Virus record (IMG/VR): IMGVR_UViG_2595698619_000001
Span: 1-64,000 of that record
Reading direction: 5' to 3' (one strand)
Source of the DNA: a virus
Lineage: Duplodnaviria; Caudoviricetes
DNA: 64,000 bases
Numbering within the stretch: position 1 is the first letter of the stretch; each line of letters starts with the position of its first letter. The notes under the pieces were generated by a model. It was not told where the DNA came from and did no database searches. It was given only the letters and a program-made list of their open reading frames with translations. The position numbers were made by a program, and so were the translations under genes. Positions 1 to 7,813 of the stretch are shown here, one piece after another.

Positions 1-600
1 TTCTCCTGTTCTCTGGGGGCGGACGCTGAGCACTAGAGCGTGTTCTCGACCGTGGGCACCCGGGCGTACACGTCGAACGGCTTGATTTCTCGCGCCACCC
101 GGCTCGCCCTCAAGAACGGCGAGAGACGCCACCGAGACCACGCAGACGTCCTCCACGTCGAGACCGGTTTCCCCCTGGTTTTTCGGGGTTGGTGCGCACC
201 GGGAGCTTGATATTCTCACGCCCCTGTGTCTACCCAGAGAGCGGGGTCTCTGCCGCTATCTCCCCGTTCATTCTCGGCCATGTGAGACCGGCGAGAGAGA
301 CGATTCTCGAGGGCAGGAACGACGAAGAAGCTTGATTCTCTACGTGCGAGAATCTCTGCTGTCTCCACGTCAGAGACCGGGGTATATGCAGGGTATCTGT
401 GTGTCTGCTACAGAGGGATTTCTGCTGTGCTGCTGATGCTGCTGTGCGACGACGACGTCTCCATGAACAGGTAGCAGGAAGACTCATAGACGGGGTTCTC
501 TACGCGGAGACACAGAGGATTCTCGAACGTGCGCGACGATGGTCCCTTCTATTCCGAAACCTCCCCAGGACGGATATTTGGATATCCTCGTTTTCAGAAT
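1..600. repeat. Non-coding region with degenerate ~125-bp periodic motifs; possible left terminal repeat of a linear genome
   Basis: No ORF with halophile-like composition; GCTTGAT(A/T)(T)TCTC-like motif starts at 80, 205 and 330; GAGACCGG at 160, 284 and 373. Terminal-repeat status and right boundary are inferred. Confidence 0.4.
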
Positions 601-745
601 CAGACCAAAATCTCGGGTAGACCCCACCCGTGCTCGAAAACCGGGTAACCCCATGCCACCGTCTCTGCCACTAGTGTCGCGCGAGGAGTCGCTCGTCACC
701 GCCTACTACGAGACACCTTTCCCGATGCCCTCCGTCAACCCGTGT

Positions 746-1138
746 ATGTTCGACTTTCCGAACGAGGATGAGCCCGACGGGAACCGTCTCGTCCCGCACC
801 ACTACCTCCAGGGTGCGTGGGCTGTCGTCCTACTCGCAGTGATGTACGATGCTACCTGGATTCTGCCCCCGATTGCCGTGTCTCTCTTCGGGTGGTACCA
901 TGCGTGGTTCCACTATCCTCGAACGGGTGCGGGCTTGACGCTGACGGGCCTAGCAGGCGCGCTCTGCGCGTCCTTGCTCACCCTGTCGTTCGGGTCGGGT
1001 CTACAGGTCGCCTTCGTTCTCTCCGTCGCGTGGGCGGCAGACGACGCCCTCGAGCATGCCTTCGGTATCTGGACGCCGCTCGACTGGTTGTGGAATCAGC
1101 ATCTACGTGCTATCGTCACCGAGAAACCGAACCTGTGA
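746..1138 (+). CDS. Small multi-pass membrane protein
   Basis: MFDFPNED start within track ORF 539..1138; several hydrophobic helices. Confidence 0.7.
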   Translation: MFDFPNEDEPDGNRLVPHHYLQGAWAVVLLAVMYDATWILPPIAVSLFGWYHAWFHYPRTGAGLTLTGLAGALCASLLTLSFGSGLQVAFVLSVAWAADDALEHAFGIWTPLDWLWNQHLRAIVTEKPNL

Positions 1139-1147
1139 CCGCGAGAA

Positions 1148-1315
1148 TCAGACGTTGACGACGGGCGCTTCGTCGCTGTTCAACTCCGCCTCCGGGTGAA
1201 GACCGCGCTCGCACACCTCGCACGTATGGACGCCACCCAGCTCGTCCATGATGCCGAACGGGACCGACGTGACGCCGCCGCACTCGCGGCACGTCAGCGA
1301 ACCGTCGCGTCTCAT
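1148..1315 (-). CDS. Small Zn-ribbon protein
   Basis: CRECG...CEVC; ATGA coupling to the upstream ORF. Confidence 0.65.
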   Translation of the reverse strand: MRRDGSLTCRECGGVTSVPFGIMDELGGVHTCEVCERGLHPEAELNSDEAPVVNV

Positions 1316-1518
1316 CCCTCGACCTCCATCATCTCCGCGCACTTCGCGCAGTCGTTCATCCCGTCACCGAAGTCCTCCGGGAAGTCGTCGAGCCACGAGG
1401 AATCCTCCCACGTAGCGTTCTCCTGCCCGTCCTGAATCAGCGAGGCACCGCACTTCGTCGTACTGTCCTCGCCGGGCAGGTGCTTCGTCCCGCTCGAACG
1501 ATTGACGACGAGCTTCAT
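1312..1518 (-). CDS. Small hypothetical metal-binding protein
   Basis: MKLVVN...H..CG...CAKC; coupled start/stop. Confidence 0.65.
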   Translation of the reverse strand: MKLVVNRSSGTKHLPGEDSTTKCGASLIQDGQENATWEDSSWLDDFPEDFGDGMNDCAKCAEMMEVEG

Positions 1519-1805
1519 GCGTCCGCCTCCTCGACCATCGTCAGGTCCTTCAGAACCGCGTCTCTCCCGCGTCCGTTCGCGTTCATGCGAGGCTTGACGC
1601 GCATGGTGCCGTCGGAGTACATCAGGACGTCCATCCCGACACGACCCTTCGCCGTGTACGCCTTGACCTTCGGCGTGCCCATAACCTCGTCCGGGTCCTG
1701 CTGCGTGGTGTTGTACTCGACGGTGACCTCCAGCGTCTTCAGCTCGCCGTCGTCTCTCTCGCACTCAACCTCGACCGTGTCGCCCGCGTTGACCGTGTAT
1801 GCCAT
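1515..1805 (-). CDS. Hypothetical protein
   Basis: MAYTVNAG start preceded by GAGG and a motif-TATA promoter. Confidence 0.7.
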   Translation of the reverse strand: MAYTVNAGDTVEVECERDDGELKTLEVTVEYNTTQQDPDEVMGTPKVKAYTAKGRVGMDVLMYSDGTMRVKPRMNANGRGRDAVLKDLTMVEEADA

Positions 1806-1842
1806 TTCTGTTCTCCTCACTTCGTAGTACACAGGGTATGCC

Positions 1843-1870
1843 CTTATAACTGAGTACCGTGGTGAAAGTG
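1843..1870 (-). promoter_or_regulatory. CACTTTCAC-class promoter
   Basis: CACTTTCACC-N11-TTATAAG upstream of ORF 1805. Confidence 0.7.
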
Positions 1871-1894
1871 AAGAGAACGCCTGTACCGCGGGAA

Positions 1895-2467
1895 CTACTC
1901 GAACGCCTGCGTCATCCGCTCGAACCACTTGGGCTCGATGTCCATGCTCACGGGACACTGCCCGTAGACACGTCGCACACCGGGCGTCTCTACCGCGCGT
2001 TCGCCTGCCCGACGTGCGGCACCTCCCGCGAGAGCGACCGTTGTCTGTCGCGTGTCTCGCGTCTTCTTCCACAGGTACGCGGCGACGGCGACGATGGCGA
2101 GGGCACCGACGATGACCCCGACACAGACAGCGATGAGCTCGACCAGTAGGAACGGTTCGCGGATGATTTTGATAATCAGCCACGAGGCGATTGCTCCGAA
2201 GTACACACCGACCGCCCACGCGAGGATGAGGTCCGTCGCGTCATCCACGTAGGGATGAGCGAGGAACGACTGCACGCGGTCGACTGCACCTGTCCCGGTC
2301 ACCTTGTCGAACGTCCAGGCGAGCGCGAGCAGGACGATTCCGAGGACACCGAGGAGCGCGTACCCCGCGTGCCAGAACCCGTACTTGACTGCACACCGCA
2401 GGTTCGCTACTGCCCCGTCGTTACCGAGGAGAGCGTCCTTCCAGTGCGGATACTTGTTTTCTTCCAT
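1895..2467 (-). CDS. Membrane protein
   Basis: Three hydrophobic segments; 190 aa. Confidence 0.7.
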   Translation of the reverse strand: MEENKYPHWKDALLGNDGAVANLRCAVKYGFWHAGYALLGVLGIVLLALAWTFDKVTGTGAVDRVQSFLAHPYVDDATDLILAWAVGVYFGAIASWLIIKIIREPFLLVELIAVCVGVIVGALAIVAVAAYLWKKTRDTRQTTVALAGGAARRAGERAVETPGVRRVYGQCPVSMDIEPKWFERMTQAFE

Positions 2468-2572
2468 GCTTCGCCTTCACGTTCGACACACATCTGCATA
2501 TAGGTTCAGAGCCAAGAAGTTGCGATTCTCTGGAACCGACGATTGACGCGGGTAGTTTCCGAAGTTGCGAGC

Positions 2573-2800
2573 ATGAAGACAGAGGTACCAGACCTCAGTC
2601 AGTATCCCATCGACCGCCCGCAGACGTTCTACGCAACTCACGAGAACTGGTACCTGCATAACGACTGGAACGACAACGACGGAAACCCGCGAGAACCCGA
2701 GTATCCCACCCCCGACGCGCAGATTCTCATCTGTTACTCACGCCGGGTAGAATTCTGGGACCGCTATATGCGCGACCTCACTGACGACCCGTACTCGTGA
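2573..2800 (+). CDS. Small protein, FW-motif family
   Basis: C-terminal ...YSRRVEFWDRYM. Confidence 0.6.
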   Translation: MKTEVPDLSQYPIDRPQTFYATHENWYLHNDWNDNDGNPREPEYPTPDAQILICYSRRVEFWDRYMRDLTDDPYS

Positions 2801-2805
2801 GCGAC

Positions 2806-2979
2806 CTACGCTCCAAGGTTCGAGAGAGTGTCATGCGAACGCTGGCGTAGGTAGTCCTGCTTGTTGCCGTCCTTGATGCCGCGGAAGATTTCCCCTTCAT
2901 GGTACGTCTCCGCGTGCTGCTCGATGGACGCTCGGAAGTGCGTGTCGCAGTCGGCGCAGTAGTGCTTTGCCTCCGCCAT
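2806..2979 (-). CDS. Small C2H2-like Zn-finger protein
   Basis: CADC...H...H. Confidence 0.6.
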   Translation of the reverse strand: MAEAKHYCADCDTHFRASIEQHAETYHEGEIFRGIKDGNKQDYLRQRSHDTLSNLGA

Positions 2980-3021
2980 GGTAAGAAATAACGACCGTGA
3001 GACCAAAGGTCACCCGACGAC

Positions 3022-3282
3022 CTATCCGAACAGGTCGCCGAGGCCGTCATGCTCGACTCTGCTGAGCCCGACCTGTACGCGCACGTCGTTGACCATGTCG
3101 TTTACGTCGTTGTACCTGTTCCCATCCAGAGTACCCGTCAGCTCGTCGTCTCCGTCGTAGATGGCGAGGTGAAACTCGCTCTGGGTTGAGTGTACCGCAC
3201 GCACCTCGAACCCGTTGACGCGCACGCTGTCGCGTTCTCCGGTGATGAGGTCATCCACTACACTCCTGTCGAGGTCCGTCAT
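3022..3282 (-). CDS. Hypothetical protein
   Basis: Acidic ORF coupled to the upstream gene. Confidence 0.65.
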   Translation of the reverse strand: MTDLDRSVVDDLITGERDSVRVNGFEVRAVHSTQSEFHLAIYDGDDELTGTLDGNRYNDVNDMVNDVRVQVGLSRVEHDGLGDLFG

Positions 3283-3431
3283 GCCTCGGGTAGGTCCACC
3301 CCGGAGAACGTAATCTCGCACTGCGGACATCTGTATGCCGGTACGTCGGCGTCACCCATGACGAGGCCTGGTTTCGTCAGGTCGGTTTCACGCTCGACTG
3401 CGTGACCGCACTCCTTACAGATTTTACCCAT
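3279..3431 (-). CDS. Small Zn-ribbon protein
   Basis: CKECG...CPQC. Confidence 0.65.
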   Translation of the reverse strand: MGKICKECGHAVERETDLTKPGLVMGDADVPAYRCPQCEITFSGVDLPEA

Positions 3432-3708
3432 CGTCTCGAACCTCCAGTGACTCGATGAGCGGGTGATTCTCTGGGTTGTCGGGGTCGATACGAACGCCGT
3501 CCAGCATCGGGACGTAGGTCTCGTACATCTCCTCCTTGCTCTCCTCGGTGAGCAGGAGCAGGACGCCTGTCTCATCCTCCTCGAACGCGAACATCTCGGC
3601 CTCGACGGTGAAATAGTAGTTCGCGGCGGCGTTCGAGTGACCGACGACTCGGTGCTCGACCTCGTACACCCGTCCTGGGTATGGGTCTTGCTTTGCTTGT
3701 CCTTCCAT
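3424..3708 (-). CDS. Hypothetical protein
   Basis: MEGQAK start ~30 nt downstream of a motif-TATA promoter. Confidence 0.65.
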   Translation of the reverse strand: MEGQAKQDPYPGRVYEVEHRVVGHSNAAANYYFTVEAEMFAFEEDETGVLLLLTEESKEEMYETYVPMLDGVRIDPDNPENHPLIESLEVRDDG

Positions 3709-3733
3709 GCGTCTCCAACGACGAAGTGCGTCC

Positions 3734-3925
3734 TCATATATTCTCGGAGCACGGTGAAAGTGAATCGGTGTATAACGTCCAGAACTCATCTTCTTGGAAT
3801 ATAACCCACACCTTGTAGTGCGTCTCGAGCTCGTAGGCGGTGTTTCCTTTCGGGCGTTTCCACCAGGCGTAGTAGTCGTATGCGCCCGGGTTCTCGTCCT
3901 CGTAGTCAGCCGGGTCCTTCGTCAT
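3734..3925 (-). CDS. Small protein, FW-motif family
   Basis: VWVIFQEDEFWTLY. Confidence 0.6.
   Translation of the reverse strand: MTKDPADYEDENPGAYDYYAWWKRPKGNTAYELETHYKVWVIFQEDEFWTLYTDSLSPCSENI
3735..3762 (-). promoter_or_regulatory. CACTTTCAC-class promoter
   Basis: CACTTTCACC-N11-ATATATG. Confidence 0.6.
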
Positions 3926-4059
3926 GGCATCCTCGCGTCCCAGAACGATTCTTCGTAGTAGTACCGCCAACAGCGATTCAACGACCTGTCCGATGCTTCG
4001 CGGTGTGACCGGTAGACAACGTCTGCCTCGGCAACGGGTTCACCGAGCAGCTCCTTCAC
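3922..4059 (-). CDS. 45-aa protein, FW-motif family (not in ORF track)
   Basis: MKELLGEP...CWRYYYEESFWDARMP; GTGA and ATGA coupling on both sides. Confidence 0.6.
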   Translation of the reverse strand: MKELLGEPVAEADVVYRSHREASDRSLNRCWRYYYEESFWDARMP

Positions 4060-4193
4060 GCACACCACCTGTCCCAGAACTCCTCCTCGTGGAAGATACG
4101 CCAGGTGGAACGTGTCGTGGGTCCTGTGAGCGCACCCTCCGTCTTCACGTAGTTGTACCGGACAATCGCAGCGTCGTCAGGACAGTCACCCAT
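4056..4193 (-). CDS. 45-aa protein, FW-motif family (not in ORF track)
   Basis: MGDCPDD...TWRIFHEEEFWDRWCA. Confidence 0.6.
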   Translation of the reverse strand: MGDCPDDAAIVRYNYVKTEGALTGPTTRSTWRIFHEEEFWDRWCA

Positions 4194-4304
4194 GCTCCCA
4201 CGTTGACAGTCAGTCCAGGTCAACGTTTGTAGCCAGAGAACGACGTGTTCTTAGATAGGTCGAATACCCCGATTGAAAACCGCCCGCCGGCGCACTAGTT
4301 TGAT

Positions 4305-4492
4305 AATTGGCGAATTACGAAAGTAGCGACGAAGAGAGTGCGAACTCCGACGAACTGACGCGGACTCTTCGGGCAGAATTATGGGGCATGACTATCTTCG
4401 TCCATACCCGGCGCGACGCCGCCTTGCCGGCTGCGTACATTACAGCTACGCTGTAATGGACGCAGATAGCGTTGCCCCATACGACCGCCAGA
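4305..4492 (+). ncRNA. Candidate structured non-coding RNA
   Basis: GNRA-capped hairpins (tac-GAAA-gta, gagt-GCGA-actc); stems tatggggca/tgccccata and cattacagc/gctgtaatg. Confidence 0.4.
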
Positions 4493-4507
4493 AAACCGGA
4501 CTCTACT

Positions 4508-4759
4508 TCACTGCTCGACGAGCAACCACTCGTGCAGGTCCTCGGGCGTCCCGAGGTACTCAGCACCGAGCCCGTGTTCCGCGAGCACCTGCACGGTACC
4601 CGGGTGCAGCGTCTTGCTGTTCGTACACAGGCGAAGCGTGTACCCACCGCCGAACTCTTCCGCGTCCTCGCTCGTGCGAAGGAGCAGCGGCGTCTCACGC
4701 AGGTCTGCGTACTCGTCGCGCAGTTCCTCGATGGTGTCCGCCCGGGCGTAGTCGCTCAT
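4508..4759 (-). CDS. Hypothetical protein
   Basis: Acidic ORF, coupled. Confidence 0.65.
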   Translation of the reverse strand: MSDYARADTIEELRDEYADLRETPLLLRTSEDAEEFGGGYTLRLCTNSKTLHPGTVQVLAEHGLGAEYLGTPEDLHEWLLVEQ

Positions 4760-4857
4760 GGCGACCACCCGTAGGAGCACCCATTACAGTGCTGGTGCGT
4801 CTTCCCGAGGTTCTCGCGTTCCTCCGTGTCCTCGCTACCACAACGCGGACACGTCAT
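4756..4857 (-). CDS. Micro Zn-ribbon protein
   Basis: MTCPRCGS...HCNGC. Confidence 0.6.
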   Translation of the reverse strand: MTCPRCGSEDTEERENLGKTHQHCNGCSYGWSP

Positions 4858-5339
4858 GCCGGCACCTCCTCGTCCCAGGCGTCGTCTCGAACCTCGCACC
4901 ACTTGTCCGCTGCCGCGTCCTCGACGATACGACGGACCTGGCCGGGATTCTCTTTCATCTCGGTCATCGTCATGCCCGTCTTGACCTCGACGTGGACGGT
5001 GTGCTCGCCTCCGTAGCGGTCGTAGGTCTTGACCGCGCCCTTCGCCTTCTGATACTTGATGCCGACGCGACCCAGGTACCCAGGACCGAACGGGTACTGC
5101 CACTCCTGCGCGTGCATGAGGTCGCCCGACAGGCCTGAGATAGGTCCGCGGTCGTCGAACGTCTTGACCAGGACCATCCCCGGGTTCTTGCGACAGACCT
5201 CAGCGTTCGAGTCGCGCTCGATGAGGCGACCCGTGATTTTCTCGGCGACGCGAATCTTGCTGAGCGCACGGCGGTCGTCCAGCGACACCAGGTACTGATA
5301 ATCGCCCTGACCACGCTCGGGTTTGGAATCGTCGTTCAT
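4854..5339 (-). CDS. Hypothetical protein
   Basis: MNDDSKP start; coupled to neighbours. Confidence 0.7.
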   Translation of the reverse strand: MNDDSKPERGQGDYQYLVSLDDRRALSKIRVAEKITGRLIERDSNAEVCRKNPGMVLVKTFDDRGPISGLSGDLMHAQEWQYPFGPGYLGRVGIKYQKAKGAVKTYDRYGGEHTVHVEVKTGMTMTEMKENPGQVRRIVEDAAADKWCEVRDDAWDEEVPA

Positions 5340-5596
5340 CAGGCGGACACCTCGTAGACACCGACGCCGTTGTACTCGATGCCATCCATGCCGACGCGGG
5401 ACGCGGGGCCATCCTCGAAGTTGCACGGACGACCCGTGCCCGAAGTAACGACGTACATGACGCCGCTCCGCCACTCATCCTCCGCCTCAGAATCCGCGCG
5501 GCTCTTCGCACCGCGCTCCGTCTTGTACGCCTTCACGAGACGCGAGTATTCGCCGTTCGTTCCTATCTTCCACACCGTGTAGGTCGAATCCGTCAT
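5339..5596 (-). CDS. Hypothetical protein
   Basis: GAGG leader and TTTTATG promoter upstream. Confidence 0.7.
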   Translation of the reverse strand: MTDSTYTVWKIGTNGEYSRLVKAYKTERGAKSRADSEAEDEWRSGVMYVVTSGTGRPCNFEDGPASRVGMDGIEYNGVGVYEVSA

Positions 5597-5965
5597 TTCT
5601 TTTCTCCTCACTAGCGTCTACACGACCTGGTAACATAAAAGTACGGGTTGTATCACTACACGCACGCGAGACGTGCGCTCTTGAGGTTGTACGATTTGGT
5701 ACGGACTTTCTCAGAACAAGAGACGAGGCGTCTAAGCGGTTTCGTCCTGGGTAGGATGTATGCCCCAGACCTCGACTTCAAAAGGATGGGTATAAATCCT
5801 ACGGAGAAATATCTGACCAACACTCACAACCCCCACCACCATAAAAGTATGCCATAACTCCTGACCGAGTCACGACACCTCTAATCTCGCACGCGCTTCT
5901 GGACCCGCAGCTATATCATCCCTCTCGCGTTAGTTGTAGCCGAGCGGAGGGAGTATTAACATCAT

Positions 5966-6292
5966 ATGGAAGACGACCTGATAGATACGCTAAGGTACGC
6001 TCAACGGAGCAGGCGTAAGAGAAGGACGAACCACTACTACGGAAAATCACCCATCGAGTCGGTGCTAGAAAATAAGTCGGTGATTCAGTATAGTAGGTCA
6101 GCACAGAAGAGTCGTCTACGTGGAACAATCACGGACTTCACTTTTGAGGCAGGCCCGACGACATATGAGAATCCATGGGACGCTGAGATATGGCGTAAGT
6201 GGCAGGGGCGAGCCGAGGAGTTCTGGGACGCTCGACTGCAAGGACCTCTCATGTGGGAGTACGCTAAAAACGGGTCAACCCGTAGCGATTGA
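5966..6292 (+). CDS. Small protein, FW-motif family
   Basis: IWRKWQGRAEEFWDARL. Confidence 0.6.
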   Translation: MEDDLIDTLRYAQRSRRKRRTNHYYGKSPIESVLENKSVIQYSRSAQKSRLRGTITDFTFEAGPTTYENPWDAEIWRKWQGRAEEFWDARLQGPLMWEYAKNGSTRSD

Positions 6293-6293
6293 T

Positions 6294-6563
6294 ATGGGAG
6301 AATTCAACGTCGGAGGATTGACCGTCGAGATTGACGGTGTTGACCGTGACGACCTCCCATCTGCGTTCGACTTCAGCGAGATGATGAAGCTCGCGCAGGA
6401 AGGAGAATCGGTCGATGAGATGGCGAAGTACGTTCATGCTCAGGTCTGGGTTGAATCCGACCGAGGGCAGGAGTTCTGGGATGTCTACACAGGAAAAACG
6501 TCTACTCGAGGAGAAGATTCGACAACAAGTCACCCTCCCAACGGAGGTCGGTTTTCCACCTGA
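6294..6563 (+). CDS. Small protein, FW-motif family
   Basis: QVWVESDRGQEFWDVY. Confidence 0.6.
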   Translation: MGEFNVGGLTVEIDGVDRDDLPSAFDFSEMMKLAQEGESVDEMAKYVHAQVWVESDRGQEFWDVYTGKTSTRGEDSTTSHPPNGGRFST

Positions 6564-6636
6564 CCCGGAATGGGATTCCCAGAGACAAGACCTATTCTGG
6601 ACCCAGCGATTGAATAGGATGAGGTACGAAAGATAG
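6481..6636 (+). CDS. Small protein, FW-motif family
   Basis: EWDSQRQDLFWTQRL; overlaps the previous ORF by 83 nt. Confidence 0.45.
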   Translation: MSTQEKRLLEEKIRQQVTLPTEVGFPPDPEWDSQRQDLFWTQRLNRMRYER

Positions 6637-6641
6637 TTTGC

Positions 6642-7115
6642 ATGACGGAATACCGTGAGGAGGAGGTGTTACAACGCAAATACTGGGAAGAAGGCAAATC
6701 CCTCAAACAGATAGCAGAGGAGTACGACGTACAGATTCATACCATCCAGCGATGGATGAAAAAGAACGATATTCCCCGACGTGACCACAAACAGAGACAG
6801 AAGTTCACGCGAGTCAACTACGCTCGCTTCGAGGTACGTCAAACCGGGCATGAAGCTTGGCAGGCATGGGACCCGAAGCGACAGAGTACGGATACCGTGC
6901 TTATCCACCGTCTGCTTGCGGTTTCGGAACACGGGTTTGACGCAGTTCGAGACAAACACGTTCATCACCGAAACGGTATTCCGTGGGACAACAGACCTGG
7001 GAATATCGAGGTGCTTACTGAAGAGGAGCACAAATCACTGCATAGCAAAGATGGTCGATTACTTAGGCCTGATATGGGACGACGTTCTAACCGCGTTCCA
7101 GACAGGTGGAGATGA
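6642..7115 (+). CDS. HTH-HNH homing endonuclease
   Basis: N-terminal HTH; HRL...VHHRNGIPWDNRPGNI...H. Confidence 0.85.
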   Translation: MTEYREEEVLQRKYWEEGKSLKQIAEEYDVQIHTIQRWMKKNDIPRRDHKQRQKFTRVNYARFEVRQTGHEAWQAWDPKRQSTDTVLIHRLLAVSEHGFDAVRDKHVHHRNGIPWDNRPGNIEVLTEEEHKSLHSKDGRLLRPDMGRRSNRVPDRWR

Positions 7116-7429
7116 CGATTCCGATGAACGGGTACGAGAAAGCGTCGAAGGCGAGGGACGAGGACACTCTGTTTCCGAGTCTCGACCCGAGCGACGACGT
7201 TAAGTTAGACGTCTGGCGTGAGTATCACCTGAACCGTTTCTGGGCCTCGTACATGGACGGCGGCGAGGACAGTTGTCCGTCATGTCGCTCCTCGAGCTAC
7301 GTAGAGGAGGAGAAGCAGCTCGACGTGGGCGGCATCGACTACGACACTGTTCTCGTCTGCTACCGGTGTACGCGGTGCGGACAGCGGTGGAAGAACGAAC
7401 GACCGACGACTCACAAATATGAACCGTAA
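7112..7429 (+). CDS. FW-motif plus Zn-ribbon protein
   Basis: VWREYHLNRFWASY; CPSC...CTRC. Confidence 0.65.
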   Translation: MTIPMNGYEKASKARDEDTLFPSLDPSDDVKLDVWREYHLNRFWASYMDGGEDSCPSCRSSSYVEEEKQLDVGGIDYDTVLVCYRCTRCGQRWKNERPTTHKYEP

Positions 7430-7811
7430 CGACGAGGAGGGTGTCATAATCACCGTCCACAAAACGGAAGCACAGCACGGCGTCGTACACGCCGAACCTT
7501 GCGAGTGTCACGAGCACATCCAGGTAGGCGCAGAAGAAAAGCGCTACCTCGAAGTAATCGACCGATTCCTCGGTGACCTCGCGTCTCTGCACAACGCGGT
7601 CATCGTCGGGTGCTCCGACTGCGGATGGGAGGGTTTCCTCGGACCTGGAGATAAGGCTGCTGACGAGGGGAATAAGGCGGTAGTTGACGAAGGAAGTTGT
7701 CCGGAGTGCGAGGGTGACCTCATCGACTTGACGAAGGACGACTGCGAGCACGAGAACCCGGCGCTCGAACCGTTCTACGATGAGGAAGAAATCCTCCCCG
7801 ACGACACATAG
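7419..7811 (+). CDS. Cys-rich hypothetical protein
   Basis: CSDC, CPEC; acidic. Confidence 0.65.
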   Translation: MNRNDEEGVIITVHKTEAQHGVVHAEPCECHEHIQVGAEEKRYLEVIDRFLGDLASLHNAVIVGCSDCGWEGFLGPGDKAADEGNKAVVDEGSCPECEGDLIDLTKDDCEHENPALEPFYDEEEILPDDT

Positions 7812-7813
7812 AT

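Noticed and set aside
5700-5755. Possible minus-strand hammerhead (GGAC-GAAAC...GTC...CTGAGAAA-GTCC)
   Set aside because: Core is not CUGAnGA, and stems I and III do not pair
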